This document shows, piece after piece, positions 11,857-23,089 of a stretch of DNA of 64,000 nucleotides. The position numbers and the translations under genes are program-made. The number at the start of each line of letters is the position of its first letter. The stretch's first letter is position 1. The DNA is taken from NCBI GenBank assembly GCA_028534125.1, contig CM052816.1, forward strand, positions 35,714,001-35,778,000. Reading direction: 5' to 3'. This DNA comes from Lama glama (taxonomy: Eukaryota). The notes under the pieces are model-generated. The model had not been told where the DNA came from. It did not search any database and saw only the letters and a list, made by a program, of their open reading frames with translations.

Positions 11857-13111
11857 CTAAAGTCCTGGCTTAAGCAAAGGACTGTCGACACATTCTAAGG
11901 CCACATTGCCAGGATTCTTTCCTACGAGATCTGTCTTGTTCTTCACCTGCCTTTGTTCCTCCTGATGTATCCTGAGGGCAAATTCATGTGAAAATGGAGT
12001 GTGCGGCCCTCAGTAAGATCGTGCTCTCTTTCCTTTCTCTAATAGCTCTTCTAGTATTTTACTTTAAATTTCTCCCATTCAGAATTCAGTATTTTCTTTA
12101 ATATGTAAGTAATGTTGTAATGTATGCCCTTTATTATATGCTTAATTTTTCAGCTTGTTGTCAGATAAGCTTCAAGTAAATAGAACTCATTTAGACACTC
12201 CTTTTTCATACAAGTCCCTTTTACATACTTGGGGGCCAGGAATTCCATTTTTTTAAAGGACTATTTCTTTTTATTGATTGGACCAATTAGAAATAAAAAT
12301 AACTATTAAAAATTGAAAATGGCTTATGTTAAGTAATATTAAAAAGAAACTTATTTTGAAATTCCTGAAGGTAATACGGGGGAAAAAAATCAGTGTTTGG
12401 CTCAATATTCAATGGTATGAATATAAAGGCATAAATCCACACATGCATGAACACCTATAAATGTACAGAAATACTCAAGAGTGGGATAATATAGAGATGA
12501 TAAGTGGGTGAATCAGGGAGCAAACAGGAGAATGGTGCCTAGTAGGGAAGAAAGGGAAGTAAATTAGCACATGGGGGTACTGCTTTGTGCCTGGTACTAC
12601 TCAAGCCTGTGATGCAGACACCATCACCTCCATTTTGCATAAAAGGAAACCAAGGCTCCAGAGGGTTAGGAAACTTGCCCAAGTTTCCATGGCTACTTAG
12701 CAACAGAGCTTGGCTTTGAATCTAGGTCTGTGAGATTCCAAAACATTCTCTTTTCACAGAGTGCCAATATTAGTGTTTGGGTATACTTACCTTGGTTTTT
12801 TAAAACTTATAAAAATCCATGCCAAAGGATTAGCTAGAAGGAGTACAATGGAAGGAGATAGCCAGCTCTATGTTCTTAAGTACACTCTATCCATTTCACA
12901 CATTGAAATGAGGTTGGCTACAACAAGTCTTGTTGAAGGTATTGATTTGATCGGTGCAGTCTTTCAAGATATGATCCAGGTCTTTAGCAAGAACTACACT
13001 ATTTTTGCAATACATTGAGTGGTGACAGGAGTTCACTTCACACCATCACAAATTTCCCACGAGGGCTAACAAAATCTTGCAGCTTGGTCACATGTGGAAA
13101 AGTGCAATATT
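11857..13111 (-). pseudogene. candidate decayed two-exon gene for a small type I membrane protein (exons about 13111-12791 and 11971-11857 or beyond)
   Basis: Consensus donor AAG|GTAAGTAT at 12791/12790, acceptor TTTGCCCTCAG|G at 11972/11971, phase-compatible; reconstructed signal peptide, 6 Cys, TM helix, KKPR; needs 3 stops and 1 frameshift repaired. Confidence 0.5.
12570..12745 (-). mobile_element. MIR SINE
   Basis: CCATTTTGCATAAAAGGAAACCAAGGCTCCAGAGGGTTAGGAAACTTGCCCAAG. Confidence 0.8.
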
Positions 13112-13989
13112 CTACTTACAAAGTAAAAGTAGTATGTCACTATTGCATGGTACAGTAATAAACTATGTGTGTATTATAAGTGAAATGGAATTGGGTGGAG
13201 GGGGCAAGAGCAAGTCTTCATACAGAAGATGTATTGTGAACTCAAAAATAGCAGGAGAGCCGCATTTCTCAATACAGATTCACTTCTGATACTTAGCCTA
13301 GCAATTTGTGGGCTAAATATCTTTGTTTCCTTATCTTCAGCACAGGACTAGGATTTAGACGTTCTAATTTTAAAATCAGTTTTTACAAGTGTCACTCATT
13401 TGGTGACACTTTTTGTCCCTTAGGAAAGAAAGAAAAGCTACTATGTCTGATTTTCTTTTGCATAAAGTTCTTGATAAAATATACAATCTTTGTATAGCTA
13501 TTGCCTGGATAATGGACTCGAGATTTTTTTTTTTTTTACTCCTTCATTTAAGAAACAAACAAAAAATTTAGGTGACCCCTGTCCAAACCAAACAGTCTTC
13601 ACAAGCATTTCCTTTTATTTTAGCAGCAGCTCCTTTCTCTCTTTTCTAATTATTTTTGTTGATTTCCACACCTGAACACTGGAGGGGAACATTTTTTGAA
13701 GACTGTCATTATCTAGAAATGGAACTAAGAACTAGTAAACCAAGTAATATGCGGTTAACCAGCTGCTCACCCACAGCCAGAAAGCCTGCCTCAGGATAAA
13801 TTCATTCTTCCCCAAGGTATATTTACTCTTTGAAGTCTCGAGGAATAAATCAAATATACCAGGAGCACTGGAACATTCTAGGTGAAGAGTTTATTTCTAA
13901 TTTTAAACACAACTCAATGTTTTGATGCAATTGCTTCTACTACTCTCGGAGATCTCCCGGGACTGTCTCAAGTAGAAGGAAGAACACGG

Positions 13990-14170
13990 GCTCTTGCATC
14001 AGGAGGCTCTGGGTCCTGGAACCACCACTTCCTAACCAGGCGATCTGTAGTGAGTCCTGGGCCTCACTGAGCCTGGTTTCCTCATTTATAACGACTAAGA
14101 TCAATAAGCCTTTGATCTCATTGGGTCAAACGAGGTGCTATTTGAAAGTGGTTTCTATACTCTGAAATTT
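13990..14170 (+). mobile_element. MIR SINE
   Basis: CACTGAGCCTGGTTTCCTCATTTATAA core. Confidence 0.6.
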
Positions 14171-15752
14171 AGTGCAGATTTTTTTTTTTTAATATGAAAC
14201 TCATATCTGAAATGGTTCACATTTACAGCAGTGCAGTTTCCTTTCATTGCACTTGTCTTTGGCATCCTAGGGAACCACATTAGGAGTTAATAAGCTGCCA
14301 TATGTTTAGCCATGTAACCACCACCATTGTTGTAAATACTGTTTTTTCATAGGAAAAAAAATGTGAATTGATTTCCAATTAAATAAGTACACCCTTTTTT
14401 TTCTTTTTAAACAAAACCTACTTGTCAGTTTGGGATTTACCTATTTTTATCTGTTCAGTGCTATCTGGAATACAGGGCCCTTTTATGAAAGAACTTTAAG
14501 GGACTCCCTTATTCCATAAATTTGTTGAGAACAGAGACCAATTTTGCATCACTGTGTGTGTGATCTGTGTGTGAAGGCGAAATGCAATTCTGCTTCCTCT
14601 GTGAGATTGTCTATCCTCTTTTATTTGTGGAAGTGTGTAGTCAGGTAGATGATGGTAAATGAAAAGTGTACAGGTCAGAATTGCGATGGCTGGCTACACA
14701 TGCGAGTCCACTGAAGTGACATGTGAGTAAGATCTGTTCTTCAAAAGCAATCAAAGACCTCTTCCTTTCTCTAATTGCAAAAGACCTCGTCTTTTCATTC
14801 TGACTTTCCTATTTGGCTTTCCAATCAAAATGTAATTTTACTTATTTTATCATCTTACCGTGGCTTATAAATATATTAAAAAAGGAACAAGTTAGAGTTG
14901 AAGAAAAAAAATCAGCCTATTTATAAATATATTAATGTGTTTCATTTCACTCAGATGCCTCTCTGGTCTGAATTAGGCTGTAATGGGGCCAAACATGAAG
15001 CTTAGCATTGGTTTCGTGGAGAAAAGCCAAGTAGTCAATTTTAATTACTTGTTGCTGTATCCTTAAACAATGCACCAAGCGTGGAAGTGTTCAAAATATC
15101 TTTCCTTCTGTCTGATTTCACTTTAGTCAATCCAAATTTGGCATCACTGCTTTCTGAAATATTTTTGATTGTAGAGCAGTTGGTGATTTTAATAATTTAG
15201 TGTAGAGGAGAGAATGAAGAGAAAGAAATTGGAATTTAAAGCACAATGGCAAAAAAGTTAATTTAAAGTGATGTTTGGTTTAAAAAAAAAAAAGTTCCCT
15301 TTGAGATGCTGTTGTGTAATTGAATGGATTAGGGGAACTGACGGGAACTTCACGGGTGTCTCAGTGGAGGTCTCTGGGGTCAGCCCTCAGCTCTTGTGCC
15401 TCACGTTAAACAAGTTTGTCAATTTTCCATCAGATTGATTTTTCTCACAGGTCTAAAGGCCTTGTCTTATTTCGCCTTATTTCCACAGGGGTTCTTAGCA
15501 TTGCAAACTTTCATTTACTTTTGTTTCAAATGGTGAAGAGTGATTTTGATCTCTGAGAGATAATCAAAAGAGAAACCTCTGGAATTGGAACCCCTGTTAA
15601 GTATGTAGACCATGGTGGTTGTCTGTCTACCATTTTCCTTCATTTTTCTTTTTTTTTTTCTATTGGAAAGAATCACTCTTTAAGGAAAATCATGCTTAGC
15701 TAGTTTACCTAGAGTCATCTTTTGCGTTTGGAATTTTCAAATACTTACTTAC

Positions 15753-15834
15753 AACAGTGGATTTGAAGGAGATCAGATGTGTTGGCCCTTTCAAGACAAG
15801 TTGTTAAGTAACTGTGACCAAGTTCCAATAGACC
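15753..15834 (-). other. candidate internal exon (82 or 86 nt)
   Basis: Acceptor TCTCTGTATTTCTCAG|G and tandem donors GTT|GTAAGTAAGTAT on the minus strand. Confidence 0.35.
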
Positions 15835-16274
15835 CTGAGAAATACAGAGACTTACTAATATTTAGGAGCTGATCTACCTGACCGAAGGTCATCTGCGAGA
15901 ACTCAAGCATTGAGTAGAGAAGCTAGTTGCTGGCTCTCAATGTTGAGTTCCTTTGTGTTAAATATTGGACCCATCAGGGCTTCTTTCTTTCTTTCTTTCT
16001 TTTTTTTAAAGTCATGTTCTGTTAGTTCCAAAAAAGAAAAATCACTTTTACTCCAATTAAAAAACAAAAGTTACTTAAAATGACTTTTAGTCTTATGACT
16101 TCCTTTGAGTTTTTTGGAAAGTGTATAAGAAAAACACCACATTTACATAAGCAGAATCAATTATGTCGTTCATTCCTGTCCTTACACGTGCTTGACTATT
16201 TCTTATTTAAATAGGAAACCACAGAAGTATACACATCGTACATTTCTGTTTTCTTAAACTTTCAAACATTGTCT

Positions 16275-16450
16275 CCATATGCATGATCTCATATGCTCCT
16301 CCCTAGAGTGCTGTGACTTAGGAAGAATGGGAAATACCACCTCCATTTACAGATAGCATGGGCGTGTCCTACCCTGAGGCACCACTGGTAAATGCAGAGT
16401 TGGATCTAGAACCCAGGTCTGAAGACTCCTCAGCCCAGGCCCCTTCTACT
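16275..16450 (-). mobile_element. MIR SINE
   Basis: CTCCATTTACAGAT...GATCTAGAACCCAGGTCTGA. Confidence 0.6.
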
Positions 16451-16864
16451 GTATCCTGGTGTTTGAAAGAGCTTGTCAAAGCCTGTGGACTTCTCAGATT
16501 GACTCCCTGGCACTTTTTCTTTCCAAAAAAATAGAAATTGTTTCTTTTTCCTTAAACTACAATCACTTCACATTAATAGGAAAAATCTTCTCATTTCCAG
16601 ACTCTTGACAAATAGTTCTCAGTGAATAAATGAATCCTTTTCTCTCTGCTACCTGCTAATTTATTATCTGTTTTCTTATTGATATCCAGGACCAACCTTA
16701 GGAGGAGGCAAAACAGATGTCCATAATGCCTGAAATTCTACCATTGTAACATTTATTTCTTTAACAATCTTTGTCCCCCATAGAAATGCAAATAATTCTC
16801 AAAGAATCATGAAACTTTCACTGATGTTTTAAGATCAGCTAGTCTCTGTGACTATGCACGTAAA

Positions 16865-17105
16865 TAATAATAATATGGATTGAACTCTTAATACAATGAG
16901 GCGCTATGCTCAGCGACTTTCCCTATCTCGTTTCACTATAGAACAACTCAATAGGTAGGTTCCATTATTATCTTCATTTTACAGATTAGGATATTGAGAT
17001 TTAGGTTAAGAAGTTTGTCCAAGGCTTGCAGCTAAGTCAAGAGGTAGGGTCAGGATTTTGAACCCAGTCAGTTTGGCTCTCAGTTCTTTATTTTAATGAT
17101 CATGC
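16865..17105 (-). mobile_element. MIR SINE
   Basis: AGGTAGGTTCCATTATTATCTTCATTTTACAGAT...GGATTTTGAACCCAG. Confidence 0.85.
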
Positions 17106-17199
17106 TTTCGGAATCAAGTTTGCTAACTGTGAGAAACCCACGGTGTATTCAGAGAGAGAGAACGGTGTAGTGGGAGCAGAGAGTTATGGGGACACTATG

Positions 17200-18350
17200 A
17201 GGAAGTGCCTCACGTTGCCTGGAACAGAGAACACTCGGCAGAGAGGAAGCTTGGGGCCTGGAGCCTGTAGAGTGGGTAGCAGTTCTCCAGGAGGGTAAGT
17301 GGTGAGGTGGGGAGGGCATTCCAGGCAGAGAGAATGGCCAGTACAGGACTGAGGAACATAAAAATATGTAAGGTGCTTGGAAATTGCAAGTAATTTGGCG
17401 TTGTTGGCGCAGAGACACTTAGGAGTCAGAGAAAGCAGCGGGTAAATGCCAGATTACAAAGGACCTAGGATGTTCTGTGCTAGACTTCTAGAATTTTTCT
17501 TTTGGAGCAATAATGGCCCATAAAACATTTTTAGTAAGGTGAGTGTGACTGGATTTGTGGTTGGAAAAAGTAGAGTGTAGAGCAAGGATACCATTTATCA
17601 GATTGTTCTAATATACTAGAAAATACAGGACTGGCTGTGTTAGTCATCTGTGCTGTGTAACAAATTACCCCCAAACTTAGCAGCTTAAAACCATAAGCAT
17701 TTATTATCTTATAGATATTATACGTTAGGAATCCATGCCTGGCTTAGCTGGCTATCTGTGACTTAGGGTCTATCACAAGGCTGCAATCAAGGTGTCAGCA
17801 GGGCTACAAGCATCTCGAAGCTTGACTGAGGGAGGATCCGTGTCTAAGCTCACTCATGTGGCTGTTGGAACTCACTTCCGAACTCGCTCGTGTGGCTGTG
17901 GCAGGCCACAGACCCTCAAGGTTGTTGACCAAGACATCAAGTGGTTGCCGCATGGGCCTCTCCACAGGGCTGCTCACAAGAGGGCAGCTCACTTCCCCCA
18001 GAGCCAGGGCTCTGAGAGAGAGAACAAGGGAGAGGTGGAGAGGGTGAGAGAGCAAGAGAGGGCAAACCAGACAAATGCCAGAGTCTTCAGGGAACCTAGC
18101 CTTACAGTGAACATCCCAGAACTTTGGCTACATCCGAGTTGTTAGGATGAGTCACCAAGTTCAGCCTGCTCAGTGGAGGGGATTACACAGGGTGTGAATA
18201 CCAGGGGGCAGGGTCACTGGGAATCATTTTGGGGGCTACCACTGGCCTTTCAGAATGTTGGTTTTGAGCTGCCTTTGGGGCCTTAAGATGCTGATGTCAA
18301 TTGGGTAGTAGAAAATACAGATTTAAAGTTGAAAAGGAAAGTTGGATCAA
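17200..18350 (-). mobile_element. L2 LINE fragment split by the MLT1 insertion
   Basis: GAGGGCATTCCAGGCAGAGAGAATGGCCAGTACA and related antisense L2 motifs on both sides of the LTR. Confidence 0.65.
17636..18241 (-). mobile_element. MaLR LTR (MLT1E/F-like)
   Basis: TGTGTTAGTC...GTAACAAATTACCCCCAAACTTAGCAGCTTAAAAC start; exact 5-bp TSD CTGGC at 17631-17635 and 18242-18246. Confidence 0.9.
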
Positions 18351-19079
18351 ACTGTAATAGTGGGTGAAAGTTGGGTCAAAATTATAATCATGTATGAAGC
18401 GATTTTTTAGATAGCTCTATGGCAGCTGTTTGAATACAGGGCACATCATGTTCTCATTTACTTAGTAAATATCCATGCACTCTCTGAATGTAAGACACTC
18501 TGCCAGGCCTTCGGGTAATACTTTGGTGTGTTGCTCTTCCATTTCTTGATGAGGCTCAACTTCTTGTGGCCTTGTAATACTTAAAGTCTTTATAATGGTG
18601 TGAAAATGTATGGTTACAAGACCTCATACCCTCCTGCAGTATTGCCTAAACAGGGCCAGGGAGTGAAGACCTTGGCAAATGAAGCAGCTCACATAACCAG
18701 CCCACATGATGGGTCAGGCTAAGGAAAGGCAATATTCAGAAACAACTGAACTACACTGTGTGCAAGCTGATCTAAACAAGCTCCCTGAACGCAAAACTGA
18801 GTAGGACAGGGAGCCTAAACCCATTGCTGCCTTCATTTCAGTGAACTCAGAATCAATGCTTTTGTAAGAAGCATCATCTGACTGTGGCAGAGTTCATGGT
18901 CTGCAAATCCAAGTACATTACTGATAGGGGCATTTTCTGCTTGTCTCTACTCAAGGTAGATTACATACTTTTGCAAAAATGAAGTGATAATTTAAGGCCA
19001 TTTTCTAGGTAATTCAAGCAGGTTAAGTCTAATGATCACAGACACCGTTACAATAAAAACAGCCTATACAACAGAGATG

Positions 19080-19565
19080 TAATGACCACATGATGAGTCA
19101 CTTCTTGTAAACAGTATTCAATATTCAGAGTAATTAGGACAGTGTCTTCAAGTTTGTTGAAACTGGGTTTTACTTACATCCAGATAATTAAGATGAGTCA
19201 GTGGTTTTCCTGAAATCTCCCGATAATTGCTTCACTTACCCTCCTGGGGTACATGTGAATACCTGAATCCCTGGGCAACTTAAGGAAGAGTCCCTGGTGT
19301 CTCAGAGAAGCTGTAAGTACCTCACACTTTAGTACAGAATTCCATTTATTACTCAAGAAGCAAAGAAAGTACAGCAACCCTCAGATAATTAAATGCCCAG
19401 TCTGTCTACACTCAATGTGATATATTAACACATGGGAAACTACAGTGGATTACAACTTTCTGGAGAGATGAATGACTAAAGCTATACACAGCCAAGCTTT
19501 GGGGAAAAAATATTGCTAGAGCCAGAGAGGCAATATCACTGTTCTACCCAAATATGACTCAAGTT
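19080..19565. promoter_or_regulatory. candidate AP-1/FOX/GATA enhancer
   Basis: TGA(G/C)TCA at 19094, 19194, 19555; TGTAAACA at about 19106; AGATAA at about 19182 and 19383. Confidence 0.35.
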
Positions 19566-20889
19566 CTTCCATGCTGCTAATTTAATGTGTATCCTGCTAA
19601 GTTCTTCTTTGTTTCCCAACTCAAGACTGCTGAGTTGTGCGGCATGTAATGTAATGGAGCCGAGGCTCCAGTGGGGCAGTGGGAACCGTATCTATGGAGG
19701 ACTCCTCTCGCCACACCTGTTCTCTGGCTTCAAGGAGACATCCAGATGTCTGGCCTTGCTTCTTTGTCTCCTAGTCTGTTCTCTTCTTTCTTCGTGTACC
19801 TCTTCCTCCAGCTTGACTTGCAACATGCCAGTGGTTGAGGTTATTGTTACCACCAATGCAAAGGATCACTTGTGTTGACTCACAGAAACCCATCAAGTAG
19901 TTGAAGCCGGTGTCCCGTCTATATCTATGTGTTTACAACACTAGTGTATTTGAACTATTTGAACTGAGAACCCAATCTGACTTGAAAAATGAGTATCGTC
20001 ATCACACCTTATATTTTTAAAGCAGTTTTTACTTTTTCAAGCCTCCAAATATTTATATGTTAAAACAGCTTTTCACTTTTACACAGAACAAGTATAATTG
20101 AGTTTAGCTTTTAAGTGAAGAGATGGGCACAGAAAGTTGAGTCACATGGAAATTCACACACATTTGGTGACAGGACTGGGCTGATGTATTCTTCGTATCC
20201 CACTGAAATGCTCCATCACATGTTTTCTTCCTTGTTCCTGACCCAGTCCTCAATGTGACACTGTCAGTACTTCTGCTTTGCTCTCTGGAATTGCCGTATT
20301 CCAGAAAAACAGGACTGTAATCTTTTCTCAGAGTGTTCTTTTTAACTTGTTGCCTTCATTGAAACTTGTATCTTTCCCCCTAGTTTTGCATCTCCTGAAG
20401 CTCTTTTGCACTGTGGCTCTTAACCTTTTCCCATCCAGTAAACCTCAAGACTGGCAAGAGCGTTCAGAGTCAGTCCTCTTTGCTTCTTGCCTCTACTCCT
20501 TGACTGTAAGCCCCTGACCTTCTTTCTCTACAAGCCAGTTCTGTTGTGAACAATAACCATTCAGCGAGGTCACCCTGTCCCCTTTCCAGCTGCTTTCATC
20601 TTCTGATTTATGCACTCCTCCGCTTTACCTGTCTTCAATTCATTTTTATCCAGCTCAGACTCCTTGACACATCTTTTCAAAAATACATTCTTTCAACTAC
20701 CCTCAACTCTCTAAAACCTCTATGTTCTCCTTCATGATGTCTTTCCTAACCATCTGAGCCCATACACACTGTTTGTTCCTGAACTTCCACATCAGGAAGT
20801 CACCATCACTACCAGTGCAACTCTCACTACGACCACTGCCAGGACCACCACCACTCTCATAAAACTACTGCTTGTTCTACCGCCACCGC

Positions 20890-21010
20890 TTACTGGGTGG
20901 CTACCCTGCGCCAGCCCTGGGCTAAGTGCCTTATGTGCATTGTCTTTTTAATCTTCACAACAACCCTGAGAGGTAGGTAATTTTATTATCCCTGTATTGC
21001 AGATGGGTTC
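20890..21010 (-). mobile_element. MIR SINE
   Basis: TTAATCTTCACAACAACCCTGAGAGGTAGGTA...TATCCCTGTATTGCAGATG. Confidence 0.85.
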
Positions 21011-21271
21011 TGGGATTTAGCAAGACTCACTGTCCGCGGCACTTAGTATGTACCTATGTGAATTTTTAATTCAGTGGCTCACACTCAGTAGCTCAATAAG
21101 GTGTCATCAATGAAGGTGACTTCAATGTAATTCAACACATTTCTAGGAGGATCAACCATACACCAGGTTTATACCAAACACTGGGGATGGAGTGATAAAC
21201 ACAACAAATAATTGCCCCTTCAAAATTTGTGGTAACATGGTGAAGACAGATAATTACACATGCAATTGCAA

Positions 21272-22500
21272 TCAGGCAGGCTGATATTTTGGGGGCCAGA
21301 CAAAAGTACAAATAGAGGCCCATATACCATATGTCTAAATATTTAAAGCTAATAAACTGTTAAACAAAACATGTTCTATTTTCCTTCCTTGAAAAACATA
21401 TTTCATAGAGACAAAATTGAAAAAGATGAGTAAAATTATAGCCTTTATATGATGTGAAGTTGGCAAAATATCAAAAACTACTGAATTAATCGTTATTGCA
21501 GATTCCTGAGTACTGTTGATGAGCTGGAGATAGTTGAATAAATAATAAAGACATACATAATTCAAAAAAGATCATATATTTATTCCATAAAACTTATTTT
21601 TTTGCCTTCATTTCAACAAAATCACTGATTAAGATGTTATAGTCAAGATTTTTTCATATATGTACTCTATTGAAAGTAATGCTTAAAGAATTAAAGTATT
21701 AAGATTCAATTGTATTAAAATACATACAATTAGAATTTATTTTTATTTATTTATTTTTTGAATTTATTTTTATAAAAATATAAATGAAACTAAAGCTTAA
21801 AAATGAAAGAAGTTAAAATTGTCGTATTTTCAAAACAATTTTTCCTTTAGCAAAAAGTAGAATGGTGGTTGCCAGGGGCTGGGGAGAGGGTAAAAGGGAG
21901 TGTTATTGTTCAGTGGGCACAGAGATTCAGTTTTTCAAGATGAAAAATTTCTAGAGATCAGTTGTACAACAAAACAGATGGAGATAGCAATATTGTACTG
22001 TACCCTTAAAAATGGTTAAGATGGTAAATTTTATGTTATGTATTTTTTACAATAAAAAGCATTTTTCTTTTCAAATAGTCAAAATCTATTAACATTTTTA
22101 AATTTTAAATATATTTTATTTAAAGGCTAGTTTTTAACTTAACTTTTGAAATATAAGATCTTACCATATATTTTTGTTAAAAAATTTTGGAGTTAAAAAA
22201 CTAATGCTAAATCAACTACATGTCAATAAAATTTTTTTTAATATTAAAAAAAACCCCTAATGTAGTCCATTATTAAGTGTCCATCTAGCTGTAATATATC
22301 ATATTTCACTCAGGTTATGTGAAGACCTATGTCTATATACAAATTTCAGAATGACACACATTAGCAGCCATGTGTAAATGTTATAAATGCCATGTTAGTG
22401 AGTGAGTACTCTTAGAATCCCCAGTTGGAAAAAGAAGAGAAGCAAGTAAATGGACACTTGGCACTGCTGGGAAATGTACTTTGTTATGTAAGAATCCATT
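21272..22500 (-). mobile_element. hAT-Tip100 DNA transposon remnant (Zaphod/MER115-like)
   Basis: GGGGCCAGACAAAAGTACAAATAGAGGCCCATATACCATATGTCTAAATATTTAAA end; homologous in reverse to 58020-58385; right boundary uncertain. Confidence 0.65.
21853..22058 (+). mobile_element. L1MA/L1MB-type 3' end nested in the hAT element
   Basis: AGTAGAATGGTGGTTGCCAGGGGCTGGGG...TTAAAAATGGTTAAGATGGTAAATTTTATGTTATG. Confidence 0.9.
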
Positions 22501-22516
22501 GCATTCAGGCTTTGTG

Positions 22517-23089
22517 TTTTTTTTTTTTTTAGTTGATTTACAATGTTGTGTTAGTTTCTGTTGTACAGCATAGTGTTTTGGTTATGCATATACATATATT
22601 CTTTTTCATTATAGGTTATTGCAAGCTATTGAATATAGTTCCCTGTGATGTACAGTAGGACTCTGTTGTTTATCTATTTTGTATATAGTAGTTGGTATCT
22701 GCTAATCCTAAACTCCTAATTTACCCCTCTGCCACTTGCCCCTTTGGTAACCATAAGTTTGTTTTCTATGTCTGTGAGTCTGATTCTGTTTTATAAATAA
22801 GTTCTTTTGTGTCATTTTTTAAGATTACACATATAAGTGATATCATATGATATTTGTCTTTCTCTTTCTGACTTACTTCACTTAGTATGATAGTCTCTAG
22901 GTCCATCCACATTAATGGCTTTATTTCATTCTTTTCTATGGCTGAGTAGTATTCCATTGTGTGTGCTTTATCCAGTCAAGTGTTGGTGGACACTTAGGTT
23001 GCTTCCATGTCTTGGCTATTGTAAATAGTGCTTTTGTGAACATTGGAGTGCATGTATCTTTGAATTAGAGTTTTCTCTGGATATATGCC
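22517..23089 (-). mobile_element. 5'-truncated younger L1 (ORF2 C-terminus + 3' UTR + polyA)
   Basis: ORF MEYYSAIEKNEI...WMDLETIILSEVSQKEKDKYHMISLIC; poly-T; TSD TCAGGCTTTGTG (22505-22516) / TCAAACTTTGTG (23090-23101). Confidence 0.95.

Noticed and set aside
14686..14728. ATG GCT GGC TAC ... followed by a GTGAGT donor as a plus-strand first coding exon (MAGYTCESTEVT)
   Set aside because: No promoter evidence or in-frame downstream exon found; too short to support
19585..19878. 97-aa plus ORF and charged minus-strand peptide (MLQVKLEEEVHEERR...)
   Set aside because: No clear splice sites or recognisable homology; purine-rich composition explains the open frames
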